Shown: piece by piece, positions 49,101 through 61,448 of the stretch
How positions within the stretch are numbered: the first letter of the stretch is position 1
How the letters are laid out: each line of letters opens with the position of its first letter
Source: Azolla caroliniana
Taxonomy: Eukaryota; Plantae; Polypodiophyta
Assembly: GCA_043228905.1 (NCBI GenBank)
Contig: JBHGNT010000009.1
Location: 5,332,001 to 5,396,000, forward strand
DNA: 64,000 nt
Direction: 5' to 3'
The notes under the pieces: model-generated
The model's input: the letters and a program-made list of their open reading frames with translations, nothing else
Told to the model about the DNA's origin: nothing
The model's database searches: none
Program-made: the position numbers and the translations under genes

Positions 49101-50547
49101 ATAAATTAATGAACTAGAATACTGACTTAAAGATTTAGAAGACACAAGTGAATGAGAAGGAAGTTTGGAACATTGAATAAAATGTTTACAATTATTAAGT
49201 TCAAATGTGATTGAGTGATTAACCCAATCAATGGACAAAGAAGGGTTTTTATTAAAAAACCAAGGATATCCTAACATGACATCTGCGGATTGTAATTTCA
49301 TAACATGAAAGTCAAGCTTCTCCAAATAAGTATCTATTTGAATTGGTAGTTGACAAACAATGCCACTGATGTATTGAACGTTTCCATTTGCCATGTGAAC
49401 TTGATAGATATGATCACTTGCGTTTATGTGGAGCTCCATTTGCTGCACAAAGTGATCATTAAGAAAATTGTGAGAACTACCGGAATCAAACAAGAAATGT
49501 GCTTGTGTTCCATTGATATATCCGACTGCTCGGAGTAAATCATTAGGTCCAAGTAAATGTGAAGGAAAAGTGCATTCACATAAACTTAAGTGATTGGTAT
49601 GAACTTCAACAATATCAAAAGACTCACCTGTGTGACTCGTAGATTTGTCTTGAGGAGGGGTGTTCATTGACTTCCTCTCAAGACGACGACAGGTATCCTT
49701 TGTGTGGCCCCGCTTCTTGCAATATGCACAGAAGAGGTTCAGTTTCTTTGAGTCGCGGTCAAGAGTGTCACTGGATTGCTTACGTTTCCCAATGAACTTG
49801 ACATTCGGAGTTTTGGCGAACTCAGGTTTATTGTGGTCTTTCTTGGAAGTCCTATGGTATCGCAGCACAATGTTGACGGCTTCCTCGAAAGTTGTGGGGT
49901 CCTTGTCATGGACAATCCAATGATAATCCCCATTTGGAATACCATTCAAAAAACAAGCGACAAACCATTTCTCACCCGTAAGTCCCGATTTTTGGATCTG
50001 GGTCCGAGCGTGATGCACATAATCCTCGAGAGAGGTAAATGGCTTACTAGACAATGTGAGCAAGTGTTGCGCTTGTTCGGTTTGAGAAGGTGGCTGCAAG
50101 AATTGTTTCTTAAAAACATCAACGAAACCTTCCCAAGTTGTGGGTAAGTTTTTTGCGGTCCTTAGGCCACGCCACCAAGCAGCAGCTCGGCCACCTAACT
50201 CACGACCGACATAACCAATTTTTTACTGCATCGGGCTTGGGATGAAGCTCAAAGTGAGACTCCCAACAACCAAGCCAAGTGCTAATGGCCTCCTCGGTTC
50301 TTTCTTTCTTATCTCCCTTGAAAGGCGTGACTACAAAGGAAGGTTCACCTTCTTTCTTGGACTCAATAGTTAATTCTTGGAATTTCTTTTCCAATGCTAT
50401 ATTGGCCTGTCTCATTTCGGCCAATTGATTCAAGGTAGTAGTGAGCAATTGCTCAATAGTGATCTCAGCTTGTGTGCGAGATGCGGATTGGGGTTGAGAG
50501 GTCTCATTTGGAGAGATCGTTCCAACTGCGTTCAAAACTTGTTCCAT
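46143..50547 (-). pseudogene. Gag-Pol of element F (gag, CCHC, PR, RT, RH, INT, type II-like chromodomain) with one frameshift and one nonsense codon
   Basis: ORFs 50200-50547, 47082-50099 and 46143-47081 join if one base is removed from the T6 run at 50219-50224 and the TAG at 47082-47084 is read as sense. Motifs: FLFDSGSS, FLDDIL, ISMDFI, PERILDSR..IKW..DATWE. Confidence 0.88.
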
Positions 50548-51530
50548 GATGCACGCTGTGGGTATGCAATAAAATAAGGAGGTTCAGAAAATACACAAGC
50601 AAAATGAATGCTTGAAATTTTGATTGAAAGAACTTTATCCAAGAACGTATCTCATGTCTTTACCCCTCTAGACATATGAGATGTGATTCGAGATCCGATA
50701 ACTATGGTAACACTATGGTGTTTTAAAAACCATGGGGGAAAACATAGCTAAGATGTATTTCTCGGATCTCTATCTTGAGTAATCATGGCGGCTCCCCGAG
50801 GCTCAACCATGGTTCTTACATCAATGAAATTTTCTAGATAGCCTTATATTAATGCCAACCCATCATGTATTATATGGTCGAGAAAGTGTATTACGTGAAA
50901 AAACAAGTGCACTCACAAGTAATATTCTAGTCTTGCGAGCAATAAGCAAACGTGATGATAAAATGATAAAATAAGGCACTACTCATAAGAGTTAAGTAGT
51001 GACGAAAACAAGGGTAAAAAAAAAAAACCCATGTGTTACCTACGAAAAAAACAATGTCACAAATAAATGGGAAGTGCAAGGTATGCACATATACATCCCA
51101 ATATGATTGTTATAACTTGCACAATTGTGACATAAGCCACAAATTGATACAAGTGATGACGGTGTTGTGCGCAAAGATGTAATACTCAAATCCATGAGTA
51201 AAACATCAATAAGGGAACTCATATGGTTTTACTCTTTTCTAAGGCTTGATGATAAGAGTTAAACCTAGATGACCCGTTGAAAAAAAATCGTTCAACAAGC
51301 CACTCCATACGAAAAAATAGTCTACACGTAAAGGTTACATTAAAAATAAACGATGTAAATACTTTATACATGAAAAGGAAGTGGAAAAAGGAGAGTTAAT
51401 TGTGGGCGGGTAAATAATAATTACTAGAAAATCATATAAGTGAAACAATACTTATGAAATTAAAATTTAATTAGAATAATCAACAATTAGGTGTATGGAA
51501 TCAAACATGCCCTAAGATACGAAACCCTAG

Positions 51531-51865
51531 GGTAGTTGACATGCACCTCCTCAAGACCACCACATATCCCTAGAATCGGCCAAGTAATGGCTAATTAAAG
51601 AGGAAAGTGGCATAGGTAAGTGACATATACCTCGTCAAGGCCACATCATCCCTTAGAATCGGCCAATTGATGGCTAATTAAAAAGGAAAGTGGCATATGT
51701 AAGCTACATATACCTTGTCAAGGCCACAACATCCCATAGAATCGGCCAATTGATGGCTTAATAGAGAGTAGAGTGGCATAGGTAGGCAACATACACCTCG
51801 TCAAGGCCACATCATCCCTTAGAATCGGCCAAGTGATGGCTCAATAGAGGGGAAGAGTGGTATAC
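51531..51865. repeat. Tandem array, 4 x 83 bp, in the 5' leader of element F
   Basis: Anchor TAGAATCGGCC at 51571, 51654, 51737 and 51820. Confidence 0.88.
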
Positions 51866-54800
51866 TCAACATCATATGCAAAACGGCCATGAGATAAGCG
51901 TGTGCGATTAGAGCAAACACGCTCGACCCAATGCACAAGAATAATTATTATCGTAAGAGTTCAAGAGAGGAGAGAGTGGGATATATATCGCAATATGCAA
52001 AAGGCCATGAGTTGAGCGTGTGCGATTAGTGCAAACACGCTCGGCCCGATGCATAATAATAAGTAAAATCGTAGCGTAGTAGGAGGTAGAAAGAAAGAGA
52101 ATAAAACGTAATACCAATTTGATTCGACCATAAAGAACGCATAATAGAAAAAGAGAAGAGATCAAAAAAGAAGAATACCGGGTTTAGAGTGTTGTTTTGA
52201 TCCTGAGAAGAGCATGATGAGCCTTGTTAGATCCCCCTCGCTCACACGCAAAAAACATCAAAACAACAAAAAAATTGTTAGTAAAAGCTCTGATACCACT
52301 GTTAAGAGTCTATTACTAATCAATAGACCAAATCAAGTAAAAAGGAAGAAAATAGATTGGATAGAAGAACCCGTTCCACCCGACCACCCCCGAGCTATGA
52401 TCTAGACATAGCCAACCTACCACCGACGTCCCATACCGCCGGATATTAGGATGACTAATACCTTGGAAGAGATAAACACGATCGTCGAGACGAAAGCCTA
52501 GCCCGCACCACCGGTGTCTACGCCAGCAGCCTTCCGACGTGATGATCCTTATGAGGGTAGCTAAGCCTCATATTTATACCTTTTCCTAGGCCCCTTGAAT
52601 AGATGTGCCTTTCTAAAAGGCTCTCTATTCATTGGTTGTCTAAATCATGATAGTGCATGCACATATCATTCATTCTATCCAATCATTAGTCCCCTTTTTA
52701 ATAATAGTGAACATACCCTTCACTAATGTAAATATTAGTGACCTACCCTCACCAACGTTATGTGTACATAACAGATCCGACCAGGAGATGAATGGAAGAC
52801 TGTGTTTCGCACCAGATATGGGCACTTCGAGTATACAGTCATGCCATTCGGCCTCACTAATGCGCCAACAGTCTTTCAGCACATGGCAAATGATATATTT
52901 TGAGATCTCTTGGATGATTTTTTGATCATCTATTTGGATGATCTACTGGTTTCTTCGAAGACCCAAGAAGAGCATGATTCTCATGTACTGTTAGTACTAA
53001 AATGACTTCGAGAACATGGTCTTTATGAAAAACTGGAAAAATGTAGTTTCGGGTGCAACCAGGTAGAATTTTTGGGCTATGTCATTTCCTCGGAAGGCAT
53101 CTCCATGGATCCAGCTAAGGTCAAAACAGTGGTAGAGTGGCAGACTCTGCGTTCATTGCGAGATGTGCAATGCTTTTTAGGATTTGCCAATTTTTACTGC
53201 AAGTTCATACAAGATTACTTAAAGCTTGTTCTGCCTCTCACACAACTTACCAGGAAGGGAAAATCGTTTGTTTGGTTTGAAGAAGCGGACATTGCTTTTG
53301 AGAGTCTTAAGAAGGCATTTACATTAGCTCCTATTTTAGCTCATGTTGATCCAGGAAAACCATTCATCATTGAAGAAGATGCGTTGGATTTCACCTTGGG
53401 TATCATTTTGTCTCAACAAGGCGATGATGAAAAGCTACATCCTATGGCTTTCCATTCACGCAAGTTTGACGCCACGGAAATCAACTATGAAATTCATGAT
53501 AAGGAGCCATTAGCAATAGTGGACTCTTTTACGCAATGGAGGCATTTTCTAGAGGGGTCTTCTCATCAAGTCATCGTATTCAGTGATTACAAAAACCTTG
53601 CCTACTTTCAGAATGCTCGTGTGTTAAATTGACGTCAAGCTCGGTGGGCCCAATTCCTCACTCATTTCGACTTCAAAATTACATGTTGTCCGGGGAAGCA
53701 ACAAGGGAAGGCAGATGCATTATCACGATGTTCGTATCTAGCACCACGTCCCGGCGAGCCGACTTTCGATAACCAAAAGCATGTAATCTTGGGACTGGCA
53801 CGACTACAAGCAACGCAGGTCTTCGGTATGCCCTTGGATTCCCACGTTATCGATACAATATGTGAGGACTTGAAGACAAATGTTTTCGCTCAAGACATTC
53901 TAGCACAAATTGATCCCTCTCGAGCATCTTGTTCACAGTCGCAACAACCAAGTACAGACTATCGACAATTCGAATGTCATGATGGATTACTATTCTTTAA
54001 GAAACTCTTGTATATTCCTAATGGTACTTGTCGCCTTCAAGTAGTCCAAAACTATCATGACACATATACAGTTGGGCATTTTGGTAGTACTAAAACACTA
54101 GATTTAGTACAACGATCCTTCTGGTGGCCCCATATGTGACAATTTGTTGAAGATTTTGTTCGGACTTGTGATACATGTTGCAGAGCAAAAATCCCAAGGC
54201 ATCATCCATATGGTTTATTAGAACCATTACCAATTCCAAGCAAGCCAAGGCAATCCATCGGCCTAGATTTCATCACAGATATTCCGGTCTCTAAGGGATT
54301 CGATGCGATCTTAACAGTAGTAGATCGATATACGAAGATGGCCCATTTCCTGCCATGTACTAAGGAAATCTCCAGTGAAGAAACTGCCGAAATTGTCATG
54401 CGTGAAGTATGTCGGCATCATGGCCTTCCCGATAGTATCATCAGCGACCGTGGACCCCAATTCATCTTGAAGTTCTGGAAACACCTCTTTAAAATGCTTA
54501 AGGTCACTTGTAACCTCTCCTCCGGCTACCACCCGCAAACAGACGGCCAAGCAGAACGAACAAATCAAACGTTGGAGCAGTATCTTCAGTGCTTTTTAAG
54601 CTATCATCAAGATGACTGGGCGGATATTCTCCACTTCGCCGAATTTGCATATAATAACTCTGTCCACTCATCGAAAAAGGTGTTACCATTTTATGCTTAC
54701 ACGGGCTGTCACCCCCGGTGGTGTGTATTTGAAACCCCAGAGTTACTTACAAATCCTTGTGCAGAGGATCGTTTGGAACGGCTACGTAAGATACAAGCGG

Positions 54801-56073
54801 ATTTATCTACTAATCTACAGCAAGCTCAACAAACACACAAGGTTTACGCGGATCGTCATCGGCTTCCATCCAGTTTTGACATTGGAGATCAGGTGTGGCT
54901 ACTACGATGACACATCAAGATTACTAGCCCATGCGAGAAGTTGGATTACCGACGATTAGGTCCTTTCCATATTATCGAAAAAATTAATGATGTCGCTTTT
55001 CGTCTCGATCTACCTCCACAACTTCGGATACATCCGGTGTTTCATAGTTCTCTCCTCGAACCCTATCAAGACAACACCATCCCAGGTCGTATTAAACAAC
55101 CTCCACCCCCGATTGAGCTTGAAGATGGACCTGAGTACAAGGTTGCCGCCATCCTCGATTCCAAGATTGTTTGCAACAAGCTCTACTATTTAGTCGATTG
55201 GCTAGGATATGGTCCCAACGAGCGTACTTGGGAACCAATAGAGAATGTGACCAATGCTCGTGCTCTTCTTGAAGACTTCCATCGTCAATATCCAGACAAA
55301 CCAGGTCGTCAATCCAAAATGACTCGTGACACTCATCGTTTTAAAAGGGGAATCGTGTCATGATATGGCAAGACTCGAACCTAGGACCTTATGTTACATG
55401 GATCAAGCTCTTGACCATTAGACTATATGTTGTAATATGAAAAATATTATTTTCATTTAAGTTTATCTATAGAAAATTGATGTATATTCCAGACATCTCT
55501 AGAACATTCTAGACACTTCAGGAGTACTCTTGAGAACACTATAAAAGGAGGCACAAGGCATTATTTCGAACCAAATCGGTTCAACGCCAGTTTTAAGCCT
55601 CCTAGCTACTATTGTATATTCCCTTAACATAGTCTATATCTTTTGTTATCCTCATTCTCTCTCTCTCTCTCACACACACACACACTCTTTCCTTTTCTCG
55701 AGAGTTCTACACCTCCCTTCGTACTAATCCTCATCTTTTAGTACTATTTTCTTCTCTATTTTAGTACTGTTCCTAAAAATACTTCTCTATCTTAGTACTG
55801 CTCCGTTATATGCTCGAACTGCCTTCAGCTTCCGGCCAGTTTCTCTTTCCACTCTCGCGTGGAGTTCCTTGAAGACGGATATCACTTGATCCTTTGTCTT
55901 CAACGGTGAGACCCACAACTTCCGGTTGTGGTCATCTATGAACGTCACGAAGTACTGCGATCCGGCATGTGACTTCGTGTCCACTTGACACACATCGGTA
56001 TGTACTAGCTCCAATGGTGCATTCTGTCTCATCGATGGTCTTGACCGGAAGGAGGTTTGGTTTTGCTTGCCGG

Positions 56074-59000
56074 TGTCGTGATGTTGCACGTCCAATGGGA
56101 GAAAAAGTGTGGTTCCACGCACATTACACAAATACTTGTAAAAATGAAAATAAATCAATAATAAATAATCCTAGGGCATAATGGCAATGAGTGCGTATAG
56201 AGGGGTGCAAGTAAGATTTGAACTTGCACCTCCAAGGTAGGAGGCAATTAGCTTACAACTAAAGCTACTACTAAGTGCTTTAGATTTTGTATATTTCCTT
56301 GTCATATTCAGTATTCCATAGGAAACAAATGTACAAAACCGTGTGCACAAAACCATGGATTTAAGCCCACGGTTTTATGCATGTCATAAGCAAAACCGTG
56401 TGCACAAAACCATGGTTTTAGCCCATGGTTTTGTGCATGTCACAAGCATGCAGAGACCAATAAAAGCCTCTAGTTGGGCTTGTGTAAGGGGGGTCAATTT
56501 GGAGATCATCATCATCAATAATAATATAATACTCTTCTTATCCTTCTTCTTGACATCCATCTTCTTCTCAAGTATAAAAATCTTCGATCTTCTCAAGTGT
56601 GACATTAGTTTCCTCGACTCCTACATAAACATCATCATCTTATCGACAATTTCGCGAACATCCTCCTTGGTCCGAGACCCTAGTGGTCCCGCTCAAGCAA
56701 AGCACGCACACAGACGCATCTTTGCGACATCTCTCTTGGTGAACCCGACGTGAAGAGTGGCAGGGGAGGATGAGGATGGATGAGGAATATCTCATGAAGG
56801 CAATGTTGAAGATGATGATGAAATTTTTGAAAGAAGGTAAAAAACGAGATGCGGCCCAACAAGCCGTCGAAAGTGTGGTCAAGCGAGTCGGCTATTTCGA
56901 TGGGGGCATAGTCCAAAATTTTCTAGACACCTACAACGCCGAGATGGATTCGAGAGGTGTAAAAGAAGCTATGAGGCTGGAGTACTTTTGTTGGGTGGTG
57001 GCTGAACCGAACTACAAAGAGGTAAAAGAGCTTCAGGAAGCTCATGATTCGTGGGTGACTTTCAAGGAGGCTCTATTGGAGGCATATGGCTATGAGAGAC
57101 CGAAGGGACAAAGTTTGTACAAGTTTGACCAATGGGTGTCATCAATGAAGACCCACCAAAGTGCCATGCATGCTTTCCAAGAGTTTGAGCATCGTTTTGC
57201 TCAACTCTCAGAGCGGGAACAAAGATTGGTGGGGGTGGATAAGGTCCTATTGTTCGTGAAGTCAATAGATCGGAAGGAAAGGAAGGCAATTGGAATCAAT
57301 CTTGAGGACGACGATGGAGCAAATGGCCTCACCGAGAATAGGGCCGAAGTCAAAAGTGTATGCCGACAACATGACAAAAGGAAGATGGGAATCTTGTCGA
57401 CAATGTCACGACCCATGAGGGACGATTGAAGGAGGATGAGATGCGGAAATGTGCCACCACCGAAGGAAGAAAGCTCAAAGAGGGAAGGCTCGAGAATACT
57501 CGACATAGAAGTCTTTATGAAAGAGGCATTTGAGAACTTAAAGTCACAAGTCGAGGCTGAAGAGAAGCTTAAAATGGAGCCCAAATCGAGGCGAATGATG
57601 ATCGAGGAAGAAGAGACCTCCGAACAAAGGTGGGTTAATGAAGTGGTCGATACAAAGGCTTAGGTTTGATATGACAGCACCAAGAGAGAAGGTGCGCAAC
57701 AAGTCGTCTTCTCTTATTGTGGAGAAACAATGGTCGAGTATAAGGTTGGAGACTCAAGAGCGGGGAACACCGCTTTGAGAGTGGACGAGCATTTCGAAAC
57801 ATACGTTGTGTCTGAAATATCGAGTGATGAAGGTGCAAGCATGAGCAAATCTTGCGTGATCAAGGGAGATGAAGAGTGCGAGGCCGACGTGGTTGAGGCG
57901 GTAGCCATGAGGAACGACATCGAGTCGAAGATGGCTATGCACGAGTCCATGGCGGATGGCCGTGTCAAGACCTTCCCAACACTTGATCTAGAGACTTGGG
58001 TAGTTGCATTCGAGAGCCAACATTAGACCCAAGAGACGGAAAGTGGCGGGGAAGCAAATATTGAATCCAATGCGAATAACAACGTTGAGGGAAAGATGTC
58101 TATGGATGAGTTGACAGTGACCGATGGTCCCGAGGTTCTCCCCACAATTGTTCCTAAGACTTCGGCAGTTGTGCCTGAGTGTCAACGTGAGACCAGAGAG
58201 ATAGAAGGTGGCGGCAGGAAATCGAAGGACCAAAACGGCGATGAGGAGGATGGCCATAGACGAAGGGATCCCTCCACACCGGTTCCGGAGACTTCGGCAG
58301 TTGTGCCCGAGAGCCAACATATGACCGGAGAGATGGAAGGTGGCGGCGAGGAGATGAGGGTCGAAGTTAGCGCATACGGAGGAACGGTGACCAACAAGGA
58401 GGTTAAAAACAAAGCTACAATAGAGTTCAATGAAGAGCCAGAGAGCGGCAAGAAAGGAAGAACCAAAATACAATCCGGATGGAAGATGACACGGTTGGTA
58501 TTCTGACCTGAACGAACGCCGACCCGGATGAGAGTTGATCAACCGGGCCCGACCCAACCGAAAACCGGACAGAAACGGACCTAGACGGAAGTCGATTGTC
58601 TGAGTTTGATTCGGCTGAATGCGAATCTAGAAGAAGGCTGACCAAGCCAGAAGATGATTGGTCGAGATTGATCAAGATAGAAGTTGAGCCGGCCTAGCTG
58701 GAGGTCTAAGCAGACGAGCCGCGACACCCGGTCGAGGCTTGTGAGCATAAGGAAAGGAAAGCATGAGACGAGAAAGGATGATAAAGGAAAGTTAGGTGAC
58801 CAAGGAGGTGGCCGAGATGAAGGTGGCACACGCACGAGGCATGAAGCATTATGCTCGGGAGGAGCAAAGGGAGCCATGACAACCAGACATGGTAGTGCAA
58901 AGGCTGAGCGAATGATATGGTGGATCGGATGGCAACGACGGTTTGGGTAGAAACAAGAGACATGTTCGAAGTAGAGGACAAAATGATAGTGCAGGCGAGG

Positions 59001-60053
59001 CGCAAGAAAGGAGGAAATCAAAGACCAACCACCTTTGACCCCACCACATCACTCTTTTCTTCTTGGCACATACCAGAGGATGTGCGGTTTGGTGGGGGTG
59101 GGTGTTGTGATGTTGCACGTCCAGTGGGAGAAAAAGTGTGGTTCCACGCACATTACACAAATACTTGTAAAAATGAAAATAAATCAATAATAAATAATCC
59201 TAGGGCATAATGGCAATGAATGCGTATAGAGGGGTGCAAGTAAGATTTGAACCTTGCACCTCCAAGATAAGAGGCAATTAGCTTACCACTAAAGCTACTA
59301 CTATTTCCTTATTATATTTAGTATTCCATCACATCACTCTTTTCTTTGACCCCACCACATCACTCTTTTCTTCTTGGCACATACCGGAGGATGTGCGGTT
59401 TGGTGGGGGTGGGTGTTGTGATGTTGCACGTCCAGTGGGAGAAAAAGTGTGGTTCCACGCACATTACACAAATACTTGTAAAAATGAAAATAAATCAATA
59501 ATAAATAATCTTAGGGCATAATGGCAATGAATGCGTATAGAGGGGTGCAAGTAAGATTTGAACCTTGCACCTCCAAGATAAGAGGCAATTAGCTTACCAC
59601 TAAAGCTACTACTATTTCCTTATTATATTTAGTATTCCATAGGAAACAAATGTACAAAACCGTGTGCACAAAACCATGGATTTAAGCCCATGGTTTTATA
59701 CATGTCATAAGCAAAACCGTGTGCACAAAACCATAGTTTTAGCCCATGGTTTTGTGCATGTCACAAGCATGCAGAGACCTATAAAAGCCTCTAGTTGGGC
59801 TTGGGTAAGGGAGGTCAATTTGGAAATCGTCATCATCATCATCATCAATAATAATATAATACTCTTCTTATCCTTCTTCTTGACATCTATCTTCTTCTCA
59901 AGCATAAAAATCTTCGATCTTCTCAAGTGTGACATTAGTTTTCTCGACTCCTACATAAACATCTTATCGACAATTTCGCAAACGTCCTCCCCAGTCCGAG
60001 ACCCCGGTGGTCCCGCTCAAGCGAAGCAAGCACGCACATGCATCTTTGTGACA
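56074..60053 (+). mobile_element. Element E: non-autonomous gag-only (TR-GAG-like) Gypsy related to element D
   Basis: LTRs 56074-56729 and 59414-60053, plus a partial extra LTR at 59103-59329. 4-bp TSD CCGG at 56070-56073 and 60054-60057; its removal restores host DCLAGKQN. Same tRNA-Trp PBS TGGTGAACCCGACGTGA as D. The gag at 56770-57429 resembles D gag (KVLLFVKSIDRKER vs RVLLFVKSVDERDR). No PR, RT or INT motifs found. Confidence 0.88.
59545..59615 (-). other. tRNA-like Pol III promoter module antisense in the U3 of element E LTRs; further copies at about 56205-56274 and 59234-59304
   Basis: Minus strand: TAGCTTTAGTGGTAAG (A box, starts 59608) ... GGTTCAAATC (B box, starts 59564), 44-nt offset. 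Confidence 0.6.
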
Positions 60054-61448
60054 CCGGCCAAGCAATCGGTGCACTTCTCAAGTTGCACGTCCTTCACTAG
60101 AATGAGATTGACTTTGGCAAGTCTCTTCATCCCCTTCTGATTCATATGACACAACCTCTTGTGCCACAGCTCACCGGCAATGTCGGATGCTACGTTCACT
60201 TCTTCCTGGCATATCCGGGCATGCATTAGATACAACGTGTTGATCTTCCAGGCTCGAGCCATGATTAGGCTTCCTTTGCTGAATTTCGTGACTCCGTTCT
60301 GGATGCTACCCGTGTAGCCTTCATCATGTAGCCGATCGGCTGATATCAGGTTCAACCGAACCTCCGTAACGTGTAGGACTTCTTTCAACAGTAATTTGCA
60401 TCTGGTTGATGTTGTCGGCAACACATCTCCTATGCCGAAAATTCGGCATGTACCTTCATTCCCCATCCTGACACAACCGTGATCTCCGGCTATGTAGGAT
60501 GAGAAGCATTTCTGGTATGGTGTCAGATGGAATGATGCTCCGGAATCGACAACCCACATTGTCTCGTCGCCGATAAGGTTTAACTCATTCTCCTCGGTAA
60601 TGAGCATCAATTCCTCTTCACTTGTCGTGATCGCCGACGTTCCTCTCCAATCCGAACCTCTCTGGTCCAAACTCTTCTTCGCATCGGTGGTGTCGGCCCC
60701 TTTCTCTTTCTGGAAATGCCCCGGCTTCCCACAATAGAAGCAAGCAAGCCTCCCCCTTGACTTTGACCTCGTCCCCAATTTGTCCCGGTTTTGGGGACTC
60801 CGATACCGGCCTCTTCCCTAGTAATGGTCATCTTCTATGACCAAGGCCTTCGGATCGGTTCCGGAATCCCGATCCTTTCGGTGAGCTTCTTCGTCAAGCA
60901 AGCTTGATTTTACCCTTGCTATGGACAACTGCTTTCCTTCCAGCTTGGCGTTGCCCAAAGTGACAACTAGAGTCTCCCAACGATCTGGGAGGGAGCCGAG
61001 CAGGAGCAATGCAAGTACCTCGTCGGCTAGAGGTACTTCGGGCGAAGTTCTTTAGTTTATGAGCCGCTTAAATGCGTTCACGTGCTCTGCCATGGTGGAT
61101 CCGTCTTGGTAACGGAGTCTCACTAACTTTCGGAATACTGAAACCCAATTTATGACGTTTTTACTCTCCAACATTGTGCCGATTTTCTCCTAGAGCACAT
61201 GAGCTTTACTTTCTTCATTGAAGTTGTTAAATAGGCTCATGTCGATGAAACACCGGATGTACGCCGTTGTCTTCATGTGCATCACCTCCCATGTCGTGGC
61301 ATCGATCTTGGTTGATTTCTTATCCCTGAATTGTACTGGTAGCCAGAGATCTTTGACCACGAGCATGTCCCTCATCTTCGACTTCCACATAGGGTAGTTG
61401 GAGCCAGTGAGCTTGAACATGCCGCCGAATGATTCTTCCATTTCAATT

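Larger units (their letters stand above)
45662..52773 (-). mobile_element. Element F: young Reina/Tekay-like chromovirus inserted in the RT of element C
   Basis: 474-bp LTRs at 52300-52773 and 45662-46135, with one substitution seen. TSD GATCC at 45657-45661 and 52774-52778. iMet PBS complement GCTCTGATACCA at 52287-52298. PPT GAAGTAGGGGAGTA. The 5' leader is about 1.7 kb. Confidence 0.95.
42936..55802 (+). mobile_element. Element C: Tcn1-like chromovirus (Ty3/Gypsy), self-priming, with a type I chromodomain; degenerate
   Basis: LTRs 42936-43423 and 55356-~55802. Left target site GTCCT; the right end has lost about 12 bp. gag from 43520, PR ALLDSGANSCF, RT split by element F at 45661/52774, INT, and chromodomain EYKVAAILDS..YLVDWLGYGPNERTWEP. 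PPT AAAAGGGGAATCG. Many premature stops. Confidence 0.92.

Noticed and set aside
51531-51865. CRISPR-like repeat-spacer array
   Set aside because: Whole 83-bp units are homologous, with no unique spacers. The context is a eukaryotic retrotransposon leader with no cas genes.
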